From contig JWZX01002628.1 of NCBI GenBank assembly GCA_001275005.1, positions 1 to 42,899 on the forward strand: a stretch of 42,899 bases of DNA, given 5' to 3'. How positions within the stretch are numbered: the stretch's first letter is position 1; each line of letters starts with the position of its first letter. Positions 22,123 to 33,107 of this stretch are shown here, piece by piece. The translations under genes and the position numbers were made by a program. The notes under the pieces were generated by a model that did no database searches, was not told where the DNA came from, and worked only from the letters and a program-made list of their open reading frames with translations. Source of the DNA: Chrysochromulina tobinii (lineage: Eukaryota).

Positions 22123-23667
22123 ATGTCCGCGTGCGCAGCTTGCCCCTCAAGCTCATCCCTCGTGACGACATCCCTCGGCGCCTATTTCAACGCTTGCCTT
22201 GCTAAACTCGGCAAGCACGTCGTCTTCACATCCAACGCAGACGCGCCTTCAGCAACCAAACGCACTCGCAACTGTTCCGCTGAGCATCACATAGAAGTGC
22301 GGGCGCTTCCTGAGGCTGCGAAATGCGGCAGTGAGATGCGGCGGCGACGAACGCAGTTGCTGCTAAACATGGTTGGCCGTGAACGCGTCTGCCAAGATGT
22401 GCTCAACTTTCGCAGCAATGGACCCGAGGATGCCAGACTCCTGCCATTAACACAAAGGCGAGCCCTCATCATCTTTGTTGACTTTGCTGAAAGCGGAGCC
22501 GCATCTCCGGCGCTACCATATCACCGCCAAATCCATGTGCGCACGCTGTACGTCGACGACGACATCACGGAACGCGCACTCTCCTCAGCCGGACCCGCGA
22601 GCTCGCTGCCACGCGCCTCCCTTGGGCCCGTGCAGCACCTACAGCCGTCTTCACCTGCGTTGCTGAACCTCTCGGCGATTGAGAAGAATTGGGTACCTTT
22701 CACCGTAGCTTCCAGTGCCCGGCAGAGCCACGGAGACGAGCACAGCTCGCCCATCTACCTGAAGCAGTGGCTCGACGACGGGCACGGCCGCACTGTCACG
22801 CTTCGGCTCGACCTGCGGACTGGCGTCCTGCTTGACCGTTGGGATGCGCCACCGATTGGGGATGCAATTGGAACAGGAGGTGCGCTTCGCTTGTAGGGCC
22901 TGGCTTGGGCGCGCCCTGGGCGCCCGCCGCATGCAAGCTCTCACCACGGCACCCTCTCCCCAGGTACGCTTGGGCGCGCTATGGGCGCCGCGGCGCATGC
23001 CGATGTGTCAGGCGGCACTCCAGCGCTGCAGCTGAACGAGACACATATGCTCGCGGTCGGGCACACGATGACGTGGAGCTGCAACAGGGACGATGTGCGG
23101 CGCAAGGGACCGGCCGCTCGGGCCCGGTGCAAACGTCGGCACCGATGGCGCTCGTACGCTATGTTCGCGTACACGTTCAGCACGGAGCCGCCCTTTGGTC
23201 TCTTCGCGACGAGTCGTGAATTCCGGCTCCGCCTCCCTGATGCAACTTCTGCGGTGCCGACGCTCGAACATGACGCCGTTCATCACGAGCGGAGAGCCGC
23301 CTCTTCCGACTCGTCCCACTCTCACACACTTGGCCACTTCTCAACCGCCCACCCCGCGGGCAGCTCGTCCAATCTCCCGCGCGATCTCCCACATCTCCCC
23401 GGCGATCTCCCAGACGGTCTGCTGCTGCCACCCGCACCCGTCCGAGCAGTGCACGAAAAGCCGCGTGGGGCAGAGGGCAAGATTCAGTTCCCAATCGGAC
23501 TGATGTGGACGATGCCAGAGAACCCCAAAACGAGTAGAGCTCGGCGATGCGTGACGTTGTCCTGGGGGCATGACGACCGCGAGTCGTTCGTGAGCGTGGT
23601 GCCCCTGGACGCACTCCTGGGCGCGGGCTTGCGCTGGGTCGCGCTGAAGGGGGCTGTGGGAAACTGA
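22123..23667 (+). CDS. EKNW-motif five-bladed beta-propeller (GH130/beta-mannosyltransferase-like); exons to 22879 and 22964-23667; 5' end uncertain or truncated
   Basis: Motifs GPEDARL, IEKNWVPF, VSGGTP, YAMFAYTF, IQFPIGL and LSWGHDD. The GT..CAG intron 22880-22963 joins the two ORFs in frame. Confidence 0.6.
22175..22280. repeat. Diverged direct repeat, copy 2 (partner at 20101-20206)
   Basis: Same ordered blocks as copy 1. Confidence 0.75.
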
Positions 23668-23738
23668 ATTTGTGAAGGTTTCATCGAGCGAAAAAACTTG
23701 AAACATATTTGGAACCACGCGCGCACACGCTCGGCCAC

Positions 23739-24653
23739 ATGCTCGCCGGCGTCGCCCGGAGCGGCAGCGGCGCCTGGCAGGGAGGTTCGCTTGGAACGTC
23801 GCCGCCGAAGCCGATAAGGCCTCCGTCTCCCGAGGTGCTTGCAAAGCCTCCCGTTCAGTTTCCTTCGAGCAATTTTTCTGTAGATTACAGCGTGCAATCG
23901 CCGGACAGCCCCTTCAAAGCTTTGCTGGATCATGGCGAACCTAAAGTCGTGGTGTCCTTCCCGCAGGGCTTCTCTGGCTCGGCCATGGAGCGCTACCCCT
24001 CTGGCGAGGCGTACGTTGGCTATTATGCGGACGCACGGCGCCATGGGCGTGGAGTGTTTTTGGATCCCGAGGGCGGCACGCTTCTCTCGTCTTTTGAGGT
24101 TGGGAAGCCGATCCTTGAGGGAACGCGTGTGCTCGCCGACCCACGATCCGAGCAGCTGGTTGCCGCGGTGCGCACGTACGAAGGGAAGCCTGACGGGCTG
24201 ATCACACTTGACGAAGCCGGAGCTATCGCCAAGAACGTTGGGCTGCCGATGCCGAAGAAGCACACGTCGCTGGCGTGCACACCATCACCAAAATCCAAGC
24301 GGTCACCCAAATCAGCTGGGTCGCCTTCTTCAGGGGGTGACTTCCTCGCAAGGCTAGCAGCCGTGGATGGCTCTCCGTACAACAAACAGGCCTCCAGCTC
24401 TGCTGACGACGCTTCCGACCTGGACTGGGTGGCCGGCGTGCAATTCCCGTCACTCCCAGAGCCAGTTGAGGAGATCGCGGAGTGGCAATCGGCCTGGGAC
24501 GACCCCGAGCTCCTCGAGCGACAGCAGCGTGAGAAGGACTTGATGGTCTTCAAGGAGGGGAACAAGAAGAGGCATAAGGTGAAAAAGACGGAGACGCTGG
24601 CCGCTGGCTCGAAGCCCAGAAACAAGTCCTATAACTATGCGTCGGGCAGCTAA
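23739..24653 (+). CDS. MORN-repeat-containing protein
   Basis: YPSGEAYVGYYADARRHGRGVFLDPEGG MORN motif; ATG at 23739. Confidence 0.7.
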   Translation: MLAGVARSGSGAWQGGSLGTSPPKPIRPPSPEVLAKPPVQFPSSNFSVDYSVQSPDSPFKALLDHGEPKVVVSFPQGFSGSAMERYPSGEAYVGYYADARRHGRGVFLDPEGGTLLSSFEVGKPILEGTRVLADPRSEQLVAAVRTYEGKPDGLITLDEAGAIAKNVGLPMPKKHTSLACTPSPKSKRSPKSAGSPSSGGDFLARLAAVDGSPYNKQASSSADDASDLDWVAGVQFPSLPEPVEEIAEWQSAWDDPELLERQQREKDLMVFKEGNKKRHKVKKTETLAAGSKPRNKSYNYASGS

Positions 24654-24810
24654 GCCTGCCAGGTGTTGTGTCGTGGAGCTTGCGAGCGAGGGGCTTGTGA
24701 GCGAATGCAACGGACCCTCGCCCGCAAGGGGGCTTGCAAACGAGGCTTGCGATCGAGGGACCTGCGAGCGAATGCTGATCAGGATGCCGAGGCTGACGGC
24801 ATGCAGGCTG

Positions 24811-24947
24811 AATGCATGCTGAGGCGTCAGTCTGCCCAATGCATGCTGAGGCGTCAGTCTGCCCAATGCATACTGAGACGTCAGTCTGCCCAATGCATGC
24901 TGAGACGTCAGTCTGCCCAATGCATGCTGAGGCGTCAGTCTGCCCAA
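24811..24947. repeat. 27-bp minisatellite, 5 copies (AATGCATGCTGAGGCGTCAGTCTGCCC)
   Basis: Head-to-tail copies with only G/A variants and no spacers. Confidence 0.95.
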
Positions 24948-25213
24948 GAGCCTTTCAGCTGCTGCTAGCCATACTGTACACGAGCTATTAGCCATTAGAT
25001 GCCTTGCGGTGTCGACACAGTGGGTGTGCGGTGCGAGTGTGTGTACATGAGTTTCGTGTTGACATGGTTTCGTGCTCGGCTGTGCGTCCCGGGTCCGCTC
25101 GCCCGTACGGCCGTACCTCGCCGGCACTCGAGAATACCCCGCGGCCCGCGCGCGCGGCGCGTACGGCGTCGGGCGGTACCGGGCCGGGCGGAACGTACTT
25201 ATCTACTCGTTGC

Positions 25214-26156
25214 GAGCCCTGGCTGTCACCGAGCTGTCGAGCTGTCGAGGCTCCGTCGAGGCGCTGTCGAGGCGCTGTCGAGTCGACTGTCGAGGCGCTG
25301 TCGAGGCGCTGTCGAGGCCTTGCCTGTCGAGCCTGTCGAGCCTGTCGAGCTCCTGTCGAGTAGCTGTGTCGAGGCTGTCGAGGCTGACTGCAGGTGCCTG
25401 GGTGTCGAGCTGTCGTGTCGAGTAGCTGTCGAGTTTCTCTGTCGAGGCTGTCGAGTTTATATACACTGTCGAGTGTGCTGTCGAGCTCGAGCCTGACATG
25501 TAGCTTTGCTATTTTGCATGAAGCACTCTGACTCTCACAGCAGTAGGCCTATAGAGGACCCACACATAAACCACCAACCAAACTATAGTTCAAACGGATA
25601 AAGAACGCTCGGGCTCGGAGATCAGGACCCGTCACACCCTAACCCCTAACCCCTAACCCCTACATAGCCACAGGTTTCTTTACTGTTATACTGTAATACC
25701 CACCCTAAACCCCTACCTAGCCACTGGTTTCAAGACCAGAAAATGCAATCTTGATGCAATTCTAAGGAGAATTAGGTCAAAAAGAGCACGAAAGAGCACA
25801 AACGTGGAACGTTAGTGGAACGAAAGGTCCACCAGAACATCCATCATCCAGCCACCAAGTTGTGTAGTTGAGCAGTGGGTCCATCAACCTTCACCCTGAA
25901 GGAGTGGGGCTCTAACCTGGCTTCTCTCAGCTAGTGCTTGTAGATCCCAGTCTTAGACCTCGTGTTACCTCGTTAACCTCGTGTCGAGGTCTGTCGAGGT
26001 CTGTCGAGCTGTCGAGCTGTCGAGCTTGACACCTTGACGCACAGGCACATGGAGTCACGAGTAGCTCTGTCGAGTAACTGTCGAGTAGCTTTGACTTCTA
26101 GCTGTCGAGTAACTCTAACTGTCGAGTTTCCTGTCGAGTTGTCGAGGCCAGGGCTC
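25214..26156. mobile_element. Putative non-autonomous DNA element: 10-bp TIRs, TGTCGAG-rich arrays at both ends, AT-richer core
   Basis: GAGCCCTGGC at 25214-25223 and its reverse complement GCCAGGGCTC at 26147-26156. Dense TGTCGAG units at about 25235-25490 and 25980-26146. No clear TSD. Confidence 0.55.
25637..25662. repeat. Interstitial telomere-like repeat (CCCCTAA)n
   Basis: CCCTAACCCCTAACCCCTAACCCCTA, with a degenerate CCCTAAACCCCTA near 25703. Confidence 0.6.
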
Positions 26157-26861
26157 AATGCGAATGATGTATTATCGAATATGACGTGACTTGACTTGAC
26201 TTTGACACTTCGTCTTCGACTTCGTGACTCGTTGGTGTGCGCACTGCCGGGTTGTGTATGTCTTGGGTGTCGAATAATAATCTTTGGCTATGTGAATGAA
26301 TGAACGAAGCGAGTTTGTCAGGGGTGTGAACGGGTGTTGCTCTTCATGTGTGCACGATTTCGCTCGTACGTGCTTGTGTATGAATTCTCGATTGCGTGGT
26401 ACAAGTGTTGTACTTGTGTTGTGAATTTTTCGAACGTATGTTGTGGTGTAAATGACCCTTCACATGTTGCGCGATTGCGTTTGGATTGCGTTCTTGGTTC
26501 TACGTGTTGGTGTGTCGCCGAATCTCTCTTTTTTTGGCTACTTCTCCGCTCTCCGTCTGCATGTGTCTCATTTCGATGGTCCTTCGCAGCATCTCGCTCT
26601 TGAGTCTTGTTGTGAATGCTGTTTACGTGTGGTGGGGGTCCAGGGGTCCCCGAGCTACAATTGCCGAGCTAGTAGTAACCGCATCCGTATGTACGGTTGT
26701 ACGCCGGTCCGGTGTCTTGGGTGTCGAATTGTTATCTTGGCTGTACTTTGCCTGTGAATTCATGTATTGTATTGTATTGTTTTCACGGCGATGCTGCTTA
26801 CCGGCACCGGTACGTGAAGTGTCTGTTCATATGAATTCATTCATGAGTCTCGGCGCGCGGC

Positions 26862-28514
26862 ATGAGTTCCAGCTGGGCAGACGCGGAGGAAACCGAGGGG
26901 GAGGCAAGTTCGCCGGCGCCCACGCCGCCACCACCACCGTCAACTTCCACGCGACCTCCCGAAATCAGAGAAAGGAACTGTAGCGGATCTGTAGGGACCC
27001 AGCCATCAACGCCTCGTCGATCTGACACGATAGATGACATTGTGGCGGCCGCGGCCGCGATCGGGTTCGATGCCGGCGCATCCCGTTTCGGTGCACCCCG
27101 CTTTACAGCAGGCGCTTCCCGCTTTTGTGGGGGATCCCGTGACATGCCCGAGCACGACCGCACGAGCCACTTGAGCAACTATTCGATGCCCTCGAGCAGC
27201 TATCGGCACAATCCCAAGGCAGCCCCCGCGCGCTTTGGATCCGCGGGACGTAACAAGCACCGCCCGCTTGAAAAGGATGAAGACGTGCGCGGTGGCAGGC
27301 GGCTCGATGAGGACGGGATGGTGTATGACATGGGCGGCGGCGTATGCACCTACTTTCAGGACCGCATGCGCCAGTACCCATTTGCGACGGGCGCGGCCGG
27401 GCTTTCACTGCTGCGCCGGCTGCTCGTCGTCAACCGACGCGTCTTCGCGCTGTCCGACGCACGCGTGCTTGCGACGGACGACCCACGCCGGACGGCGCGC
27501 GAGGGCGAGTACCTGTACGTGGAGAAGCCGTCGCAGCGCTCGGCGCCAAAGGGCGCCGGGGTGGGGACTTGGAGCGACGAGGAGTACGCTCACCCGGGGC
27601 TTCAGGCGCTCTACCTTCGTCTCAAGTCGTTCCAGCGCTTCACCGAGAGCTGGGCCCTCTACGAGCGCGCCGCCGCGCTAGGCATCTTCGACCCTTGGGT
27701 GCGGCCCGCCGGTGTTCACGTCTCCGCCGAAGGAGCCACCCAAGGAGCCACCGCCCAAGGAGCCACCGCCCAAGGAGCCACCGCCCAAGGAGCCTCCGCC
27801 GAAGGCGCTACCGACGATAAGCTCGCAGCCGATGGCTGTACCAGCGCGGAGTCCGTCGGTGCGCGCTCTGCCAGTGGCGAGCGCTGTGGCGAGCGCCCAT
27901 TGGAGCGTCCCAAGCTGTGCGTGGCCTCGCTGGGAGGTGGGCCTGGCTACGAGCTGCTCGCACTCGCTTGGTATCTGCGCGAGCTCGCCACCAAGCGTGG
28001 CGTGCGCCCGCCGCGCCTCGACCTGGTGAGCCTCGACTTGCAGCCGTCGTGGGATCCTTTCGTTCGGGCGCTGCCGGAGCCGATGGGGGGCGAAAGCGAG
28101 AGCGAGCACGCCATGGAGGGTGCTGACACTACCTACCGTTTCGCACAGTGGGACATTAAGGCGGGCGTGGGCGCGTGCGAGGCGGCGGGCAGCGCGATCG
28201 ACCTGTGCCTGATCTCAAATGTGCTCGTCTACTGCACCGACGAACCGAGCGCGCACGTACTCACTTCGCTGCTTCAAAGTGGCGTGCGCGCCATCTTGGT
28301 CAACGAGCGGAACGGAGAGCAAAGGATGGTGGGCATGGTCCAAAAGCGCGGCGTCGTCGTGTGCAAGCTGCTTGACCAGAGTTCCGCCGCCGGCAGGGAC
28401 GACCGGCAGCTCCTCTTCTTGCCCGAGGGTACGCCCGCGCCCCCCCCCGTGCCACGTGACCTCGAGCACACCTTCCCAAACGTGCCCTACGAGGAAGCGA
28501 AGAAGGGCTCATGA
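26862..28514 (+). CDS. Hypothetical protein with a class I SAM-dependent methyltransferase-like C-terminal domain
   Basis: Motif I-like VASLGGGPGYE, LVSLDLQPSW, FAQWDI and DLCLISNVLVYC; disordered N-terminus; 15-bp GATAQ repeat at about 27731-27800. Confidence 0.65.
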   Translation: MSSSWADAEETEGEASSPAPTPPPPPSTSTRPPEIRERNCSGSVGTQPSTPRRSDTIDDIVAAAAAIGFDAGASRFGAPRFTAGASRFCGGSRDMPEHDRTSHLSNYSMPSSSYRHNPKAAPARFGSAGRNKHRPLEKDEDVRGGRRLDEDGMVYDMGGGVCTYFQDRMRQYPFATGAAGLSLLRRLLVVNRRVFALSDARVLATDDPRRTAREGEYLYVEKPSQRSAPKGAGVGTWSDEEYAHPGLQALYLRLKSFQRFTESWALYERAAALGIFDPWVRPAGVHVSAEGATQGATAQGATAQGATAQGASAEGATDDKLAADGCTSAESVGARSASGERCGERPLERPKLCVASLGGGPGYELLALAWYLRELATKRGVRPPRLDLVSLDLQPSWDPFVRALPEPMGGESESEHAMEGADTTYRFAQWDIKAGVGACEAAGSAIDLCLISNVLVYCTDEPSAHVLTSLLQSGVRAILVNERNGEQRMVGMVQKRGVVVCKLLDQSSAAGRDDRQLLFLPEGTPAPPPVPRDLEHTFPNVPYEEAKKGS

Positions 28515-28747
28515 CGCACGTCGATTGACCGCTATTGAACCGCTTCTTCCGCGCCTTGCGTGCCGTGCAGAGTGATTTTTTATCAGTTTTGTTGGGAAAT
28601 TTAGCTGTTCTCTACTGTACCGTATGCGCGGTACGCAACAAGGGCGAAAGACCACGTAACAATGAGGCGCGTACTGAGTACCGTGATACTCGTCAGGTGG
28701 ACGGCGTTACGCTGGCGGGCACATCAAACAGTAGCCGGGTCCAAAGT

Positions 28748-29311
28748 TTACACCGGCCAGCTCACGAATGGAATCACATACTCGCCCTCGAGTTGGGGCT
28801 CTTTTTGCTGCACGTCAGGCGATGCCCAAAACTCTTCCGCATTGCCGCCAAAGATGTCGCCGAGCGACATGCCTCGCTGCATACGCAAGGAGGCCTCGAG
28901 GGCTTCCTCATAACGAGCACGGAGCTCGGCTGCAACGACCTCACCTCCAAGCATGTCGATGATGGCCTTGGGAAAGACTGGCGCCTCGACGCCTCCTGGC
29001 AAGAGCGGAAGACGGCCTTCCTCGTCCGACGGGCCAACAAAACGCAACCCTTCAAACTCGCCGGCTCCTGTCAGCAACTCTGGACACTGAACAACATCGC
29101 CGGGCTCAACCTCGCCTTGGGCGCCGACGAGCAGCCAGTGCCTTCGAAAGCGGGAATAGTCGTCGGCGTGATCGTCGTGCGCCGGCAGGCGGAGCACGAT
29201 CAGGCGAGCAGCAGCACGAGTCGGCGTTTTTTCGCCGCCGCGTGCGCGCAACAACGCGCGGTGAGAAGTTATCGCGCTTTGTGTGAACAAAATTCTTTTT
29301 GTCCGAACCAC
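28748..29311 (-). CDS. Hypothetical protein, 5' end unclear
   Basis: GC3-biased open frame with no early ATG and no recognisable motif. Confidence 0.4.
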   Translation of the reverse strand: MVRTKRILFTQSAITSHRALLRARGGEKTPTRAAARLIVLRLPAHDDHADDYSRFRRHWLLVGAQGEVEPGDVVQCPELLTGAGEFEGLRFVGPSDEEGRLPLLPGGVEAPVFPKAIIDMLGGEVVAAELRARYEEALEASLRMQRGMSLGDIFGGNAEEFWASPDVQQKEPQLEGEYVIPFVSWPV

Positions 29312-29547
29312 GATCGATGATGCGTCTCTAGTGCGTCTCTCGAGACCCCGAGATGTCCTATGTCGGCGCGGTCTCGAGCATATGGTCTCGAGAGTCGAGT
29401 GGTGCCATAAGCCATAATAATGATAAAAATGACGGTATTAAATACTACTGAGCCGTAACTCGAAGGCTTGAGCCTTGGCGCTGCCTCTCGGGATGTCTAG
29501 AGATACCACGCCCCGGTCGAGCCTCGTCATCGCCAAAGGGTCATGGC

Positions 29548-30522
29548 TTAATCTTCATCAATCCCCCTTGCAGGACTGGAAAAGGCCCGCATCATCGAAG
29601 GGCGGCCAGGGGCCAGGGGGCGCGTCGGGGTCAACGCCTGGGCGGTGCGAGCGGCGGCGACTGCAGCGGGATCGAGAGGGGCCACACGAAGCAGATCGAG
29701 GGACTTGGAGAGGCCACTCGCCTCGCGCATCCTCTTCAGCCTCGTCGAGCGATGCTGCACCTCCATGCGCCACTGCGCCTGCAAGAACTCGCGCCGATCG
29801 TTGCCCTGCAACAGCTCGCGCAGCTCGAGCTGATGGGCCACCATGCGCCTCTTCCATACTTCGAGTGGGCGCACGTGCTTGTGCAGCCGCGCCAAGTGCT
29901 GCTCCTCCGCCTCGAATTCCGCATCAGGAGAGAGTGGGGCCGCGATGGCCTCCGATGCAGCCTCGTCCTCTTCCTCCTCCTCTTCCTCCTCCTCCTCCTC
30001 GGGTTCGGTGGGGAGTGCGTCGGGGGCAGCTACGGGTACAAGGTGCACAAGCTGTTCTGGCAGATCTACACACTCGACGCGGAGTTCGAGGAGTGCCCGA
30101 CGCTCCTTGCGCGTCACTGGTCTGCTTAGCTGGAGGAGGCGTGTGCGATCGCCACGGCTGTCGAAAGTAGGGCCTTCTGGTGATGGCGGCCCTTTGCTCG
30201 CATCGGCAATGGGCGATAAGGGCTCCCGAGAAGGCCTCACGCGGCTCAGTGGCCGAGCAGATGGCGTCATCAAACGCAGCGCCGTGCATCCATGGGGAAG
30301 CGGCTGCAAGAAATCACGTTTCCTAGACTTGGTCAGACCGACGCCTCTTGTAGCTACTTCCTTGGCTGCCACCATCTTTGCGGCGTGCACCAGCGCCTCA
30401 AGGTCATCTTCCGCCTTTGCTCGGCCTGCGCCTGCCTGAACTGCGAAAATGCGAGAGATGCTGCGACCGGCTCGAAATGGCGTCGATGTCCGTGAGTCCC
30501 ACGATGTTTGCCAAGCTTGCAT
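29548..30522 (-). CDS. Hypothetical protein with an acidic tract and coiled coil
   Basis: 324-aa ORF with poly-Glu; GC3 bias in the 3' half. Confidence 0.5.
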   Translation of the reverse strand: MQAWQTSWDSRTSTPFRAGRSISRIFAVQAGAGRAKAEDDLEALVHAAKMVAAKEVATRGVGLTKSRKRDFLQPLPHGCTALRLMTPSARPLSRVRPSREPLSPIADASKGPPSPEGPTFDSRGDRTRLLQLSRPVTRKERRALLELRVECVDLPEQLVHLVPVAAPDALPTEPEEEEEEEEEEEDEAASEAIAAPLSPDAEFEAEEQHLARLHKHVRPLEVWKRRMVAHQLELRELLQGNDRREFLQAQWRMEVQHRSTRLKRMREASGLSKSLDLLRVAPLDPAAVAAARTAQALTPTRPLAPGRPSMMRAFSSPARGIDED

Positions 30523-33107
30523 GGCTCTCTCTCTCTGCGTGCACTCTCTGCGTGTTTCGACCGAGGATGGCGGTAGTCGGTCAACTTGTTGGTCGGTGCG
30601 GTGGGTTCACCACAGGCGGGGTCAGCAGCTTACGACGCTTTCGCCGAGCCTCTTTTCGGAAGCGTGATGAAACGTTTGGGCTCACTGGCCCGCCATGGTG
30701 TGAATGTATGTGTGTGAATGTGAATGTGTGTCTGTGTGACTTCTGACACTGGTCTACCTCACATGTCCACACAGTGTCAATTAAACAGAAATGAGACTGA
30801 TATGAGATTTGTCTTCGCGTGCGCATGCGTGCAGACGCTGGCGCCCATGGTTGAGCGTTGACCCCTCGTCGGTCGTCGCGGCTTCGTTGCTCCCCCTCGG
30901 TAAGACGGTAAGGGCTAAGATCCATTGCTTAGGGCCCTTACGCCTTAGCGGTTTGGACCGTTTTGGAGATTTTGGTGTTCGTATTACTTATAAGACCTCG
31001 CAACCCGTCGCGTAGAGGCTCCTACGTCCTCACTCCTCTACTCCGTTGGTAGTCGGCTAGAGTACGTGACGGTGACCTCCCTCGACGTGCTCGCGACCCG
31101 CCAAGGCGACCACGGTATTGATATTGATTGTCAAGACTATAGACTTGAAAAAACTCGAACTGTGGAGGATCTGAGTGATACACTGAGTGTGTTCTTCTAT
31201 CTTCATCCGACGCAACGGCCACTACACGCCATACATATCTACGATTTTGTGCGGCACACATCGCCAGTTCGCCACAGACGAGACTCGTGCGTCCGTCGTC
31301 GCCTTTTCGTTTCTCGTGCGTCTCGTCGACCGCTTAACCCAACGTTTCTTGTTATGCCATTTTCGCCGCGGCACTCGTAGCCGCACGTTGCCTCTCGCAC
31401 GTTGCGCCATCGCCGCCTTGCAGCACCGCGCCTTGACCAGCCTGTGGCCCTCCTCGTCACAGCCCGTCGTCTTGGAGGGCCCTGTGGGGAGGAGTATACA
31501 GCAGCACAGGCATGGCCGTGCGAACCACCCCGTTTCCCGCACCACTCCCTGGCAGGGCAGGGAAGCAGGCAACGCGGGAGCTTCCCCGCATACCTTTCTG
31601 GCAGCGTTGCTGCCGAAGGGGCATCTCCCTAGAAGTTGAGAATCCCAGTCGGGTGAGAGCTCTCCCACCAACGTTGCTCGTCACTCCATTTTGATCTTCA
31701 CAGCATGGGGTGGGACGGGGGCGGCCACGAGGCGGGGACGCGAGGAGTGGGAGGCGCACACGCGCGTAGCTATGCGTCGCTTGGAAGCCAAGAATCGTCA
31801 CCGAAGCACGCAAAAAGAGCGCCCGGCGCGGAGAGTCGGAAAGAAGAGAGAGGAACCATCATCTCATCGGCATGGTGCCGTGACCCTCCGCTGCGCGCAA
31901 CGGCAGAGGTGACGTCGTGGAGGACTCAGGCGAAAGGGGCGGGAAGGGTATCGGGGAGGGAGCTCGCCGCGAGGTTCAGGCGCGCGCTATCCCAGCGGCG
32001 GCACGCATGCGCACACGCCCCACTACACGAGGGCACATGGCGATCCGGGCGGGCAGAGCGGACCGTCGGTCGGCTCTCTAATTATCCCGACTGGGACCCC
32101 ATCATACACGATCGTCATGGTTCCGTACTCGTCGAGCCAGTCCAGGTGCTCCACATCTGCGGCGCTCGAGGCCGCTGCCAGGAGAAAGGAACCGTGTTGC
32201 ACGAGACCAGTGCACGGTGAGAATGGGTTGGGGCAGCGGGCGAGGGAGGGGGCGCGCAGCGAGAAGCTCCTAGCGCATGGCCGCTTGCAAACGCCCCCAC
32301 GCCCTCGGCGGGCCCTTCCCCCCCACCCTCTCCAGCCTCCCCGGCGGTTCAGGATCGCAGCCTCGGCTGAAGTCAGCGGCGTGAGCGGTGTCCTTCGCGC
32401 CGGCTTCTTCGATTTGGGGACGAACCAGCACTGCAGATGGTTGTTCTTCGTTCGCAGGCGCGTGATGGGCCATGGTGACGACATCAGCGCAGCGCGGCGC
32501 AGACGACCTCTGCGCTTGGATTCACTGGGTCCAACCTCCTCGGTCTGCTGCTGCTGTGAAACACAACGCGGCGCAATTCTAGTTTCTTCTCCGTTCACAC
32601 ACGATAATTTTGCGAGATCCTCATTTTTGTTGTCCTTTCTCCTTCGTGACACAGGTCCTTTGTGCCCCCCGAGGGGGGAGTGCAGATTCCGTCCCCCGGA
32701 GTGGGTGGGGGAGGGGCGGGGGGCGAGGGTGCAGGCTTGGTGCAGGCGGGGGCGAGACTCGGACACGCGCGCGCGCGCTCCCGCCGGAGGCGTTTGAGGA
32801 TTGCGCGCGAGTCGAGGCAGTCGTGGACGACGAGTGGTCAGTGGAGTGAGCGCGGGGGGACGTCCGCGACATGTACTGACTGACATCTCGACACTCAACA
32901 CACCGCACCCGACACACTACCTAAAAAACCTCGCGCTGGACAAGAAAGACAGCTGGATCAACCCGGGAACCGGGTCGGAACCGGGGGGTCCGGGATACCG
33001 AAGTACGGATACACATCAGAACACTCTCCGCCCGAGTTCACCCGAGACATTTGCCCCGAAACTCCGCCCGGTGCGCGCGGTGACCGAGGTAAGATAACGG
33101 TGAGACG

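Noticed and set aside
24811..24947. 27-bp repeats as a CRISPR array or a repeat protein (ORFs 24663-24968 and 24450-25127)
   Set aside because: No spacers; the ORFs stay open only because the unit length is a multiple of 3 and lacks stops.
25637..25662. True chromosome end
   Set aside because: Only about 4 units, with genes on both sides.
24999..26158. ORFs across the TGTCGAG arrays
   Set aside because: They are low-complexity translations of the repeat with no codon bias.
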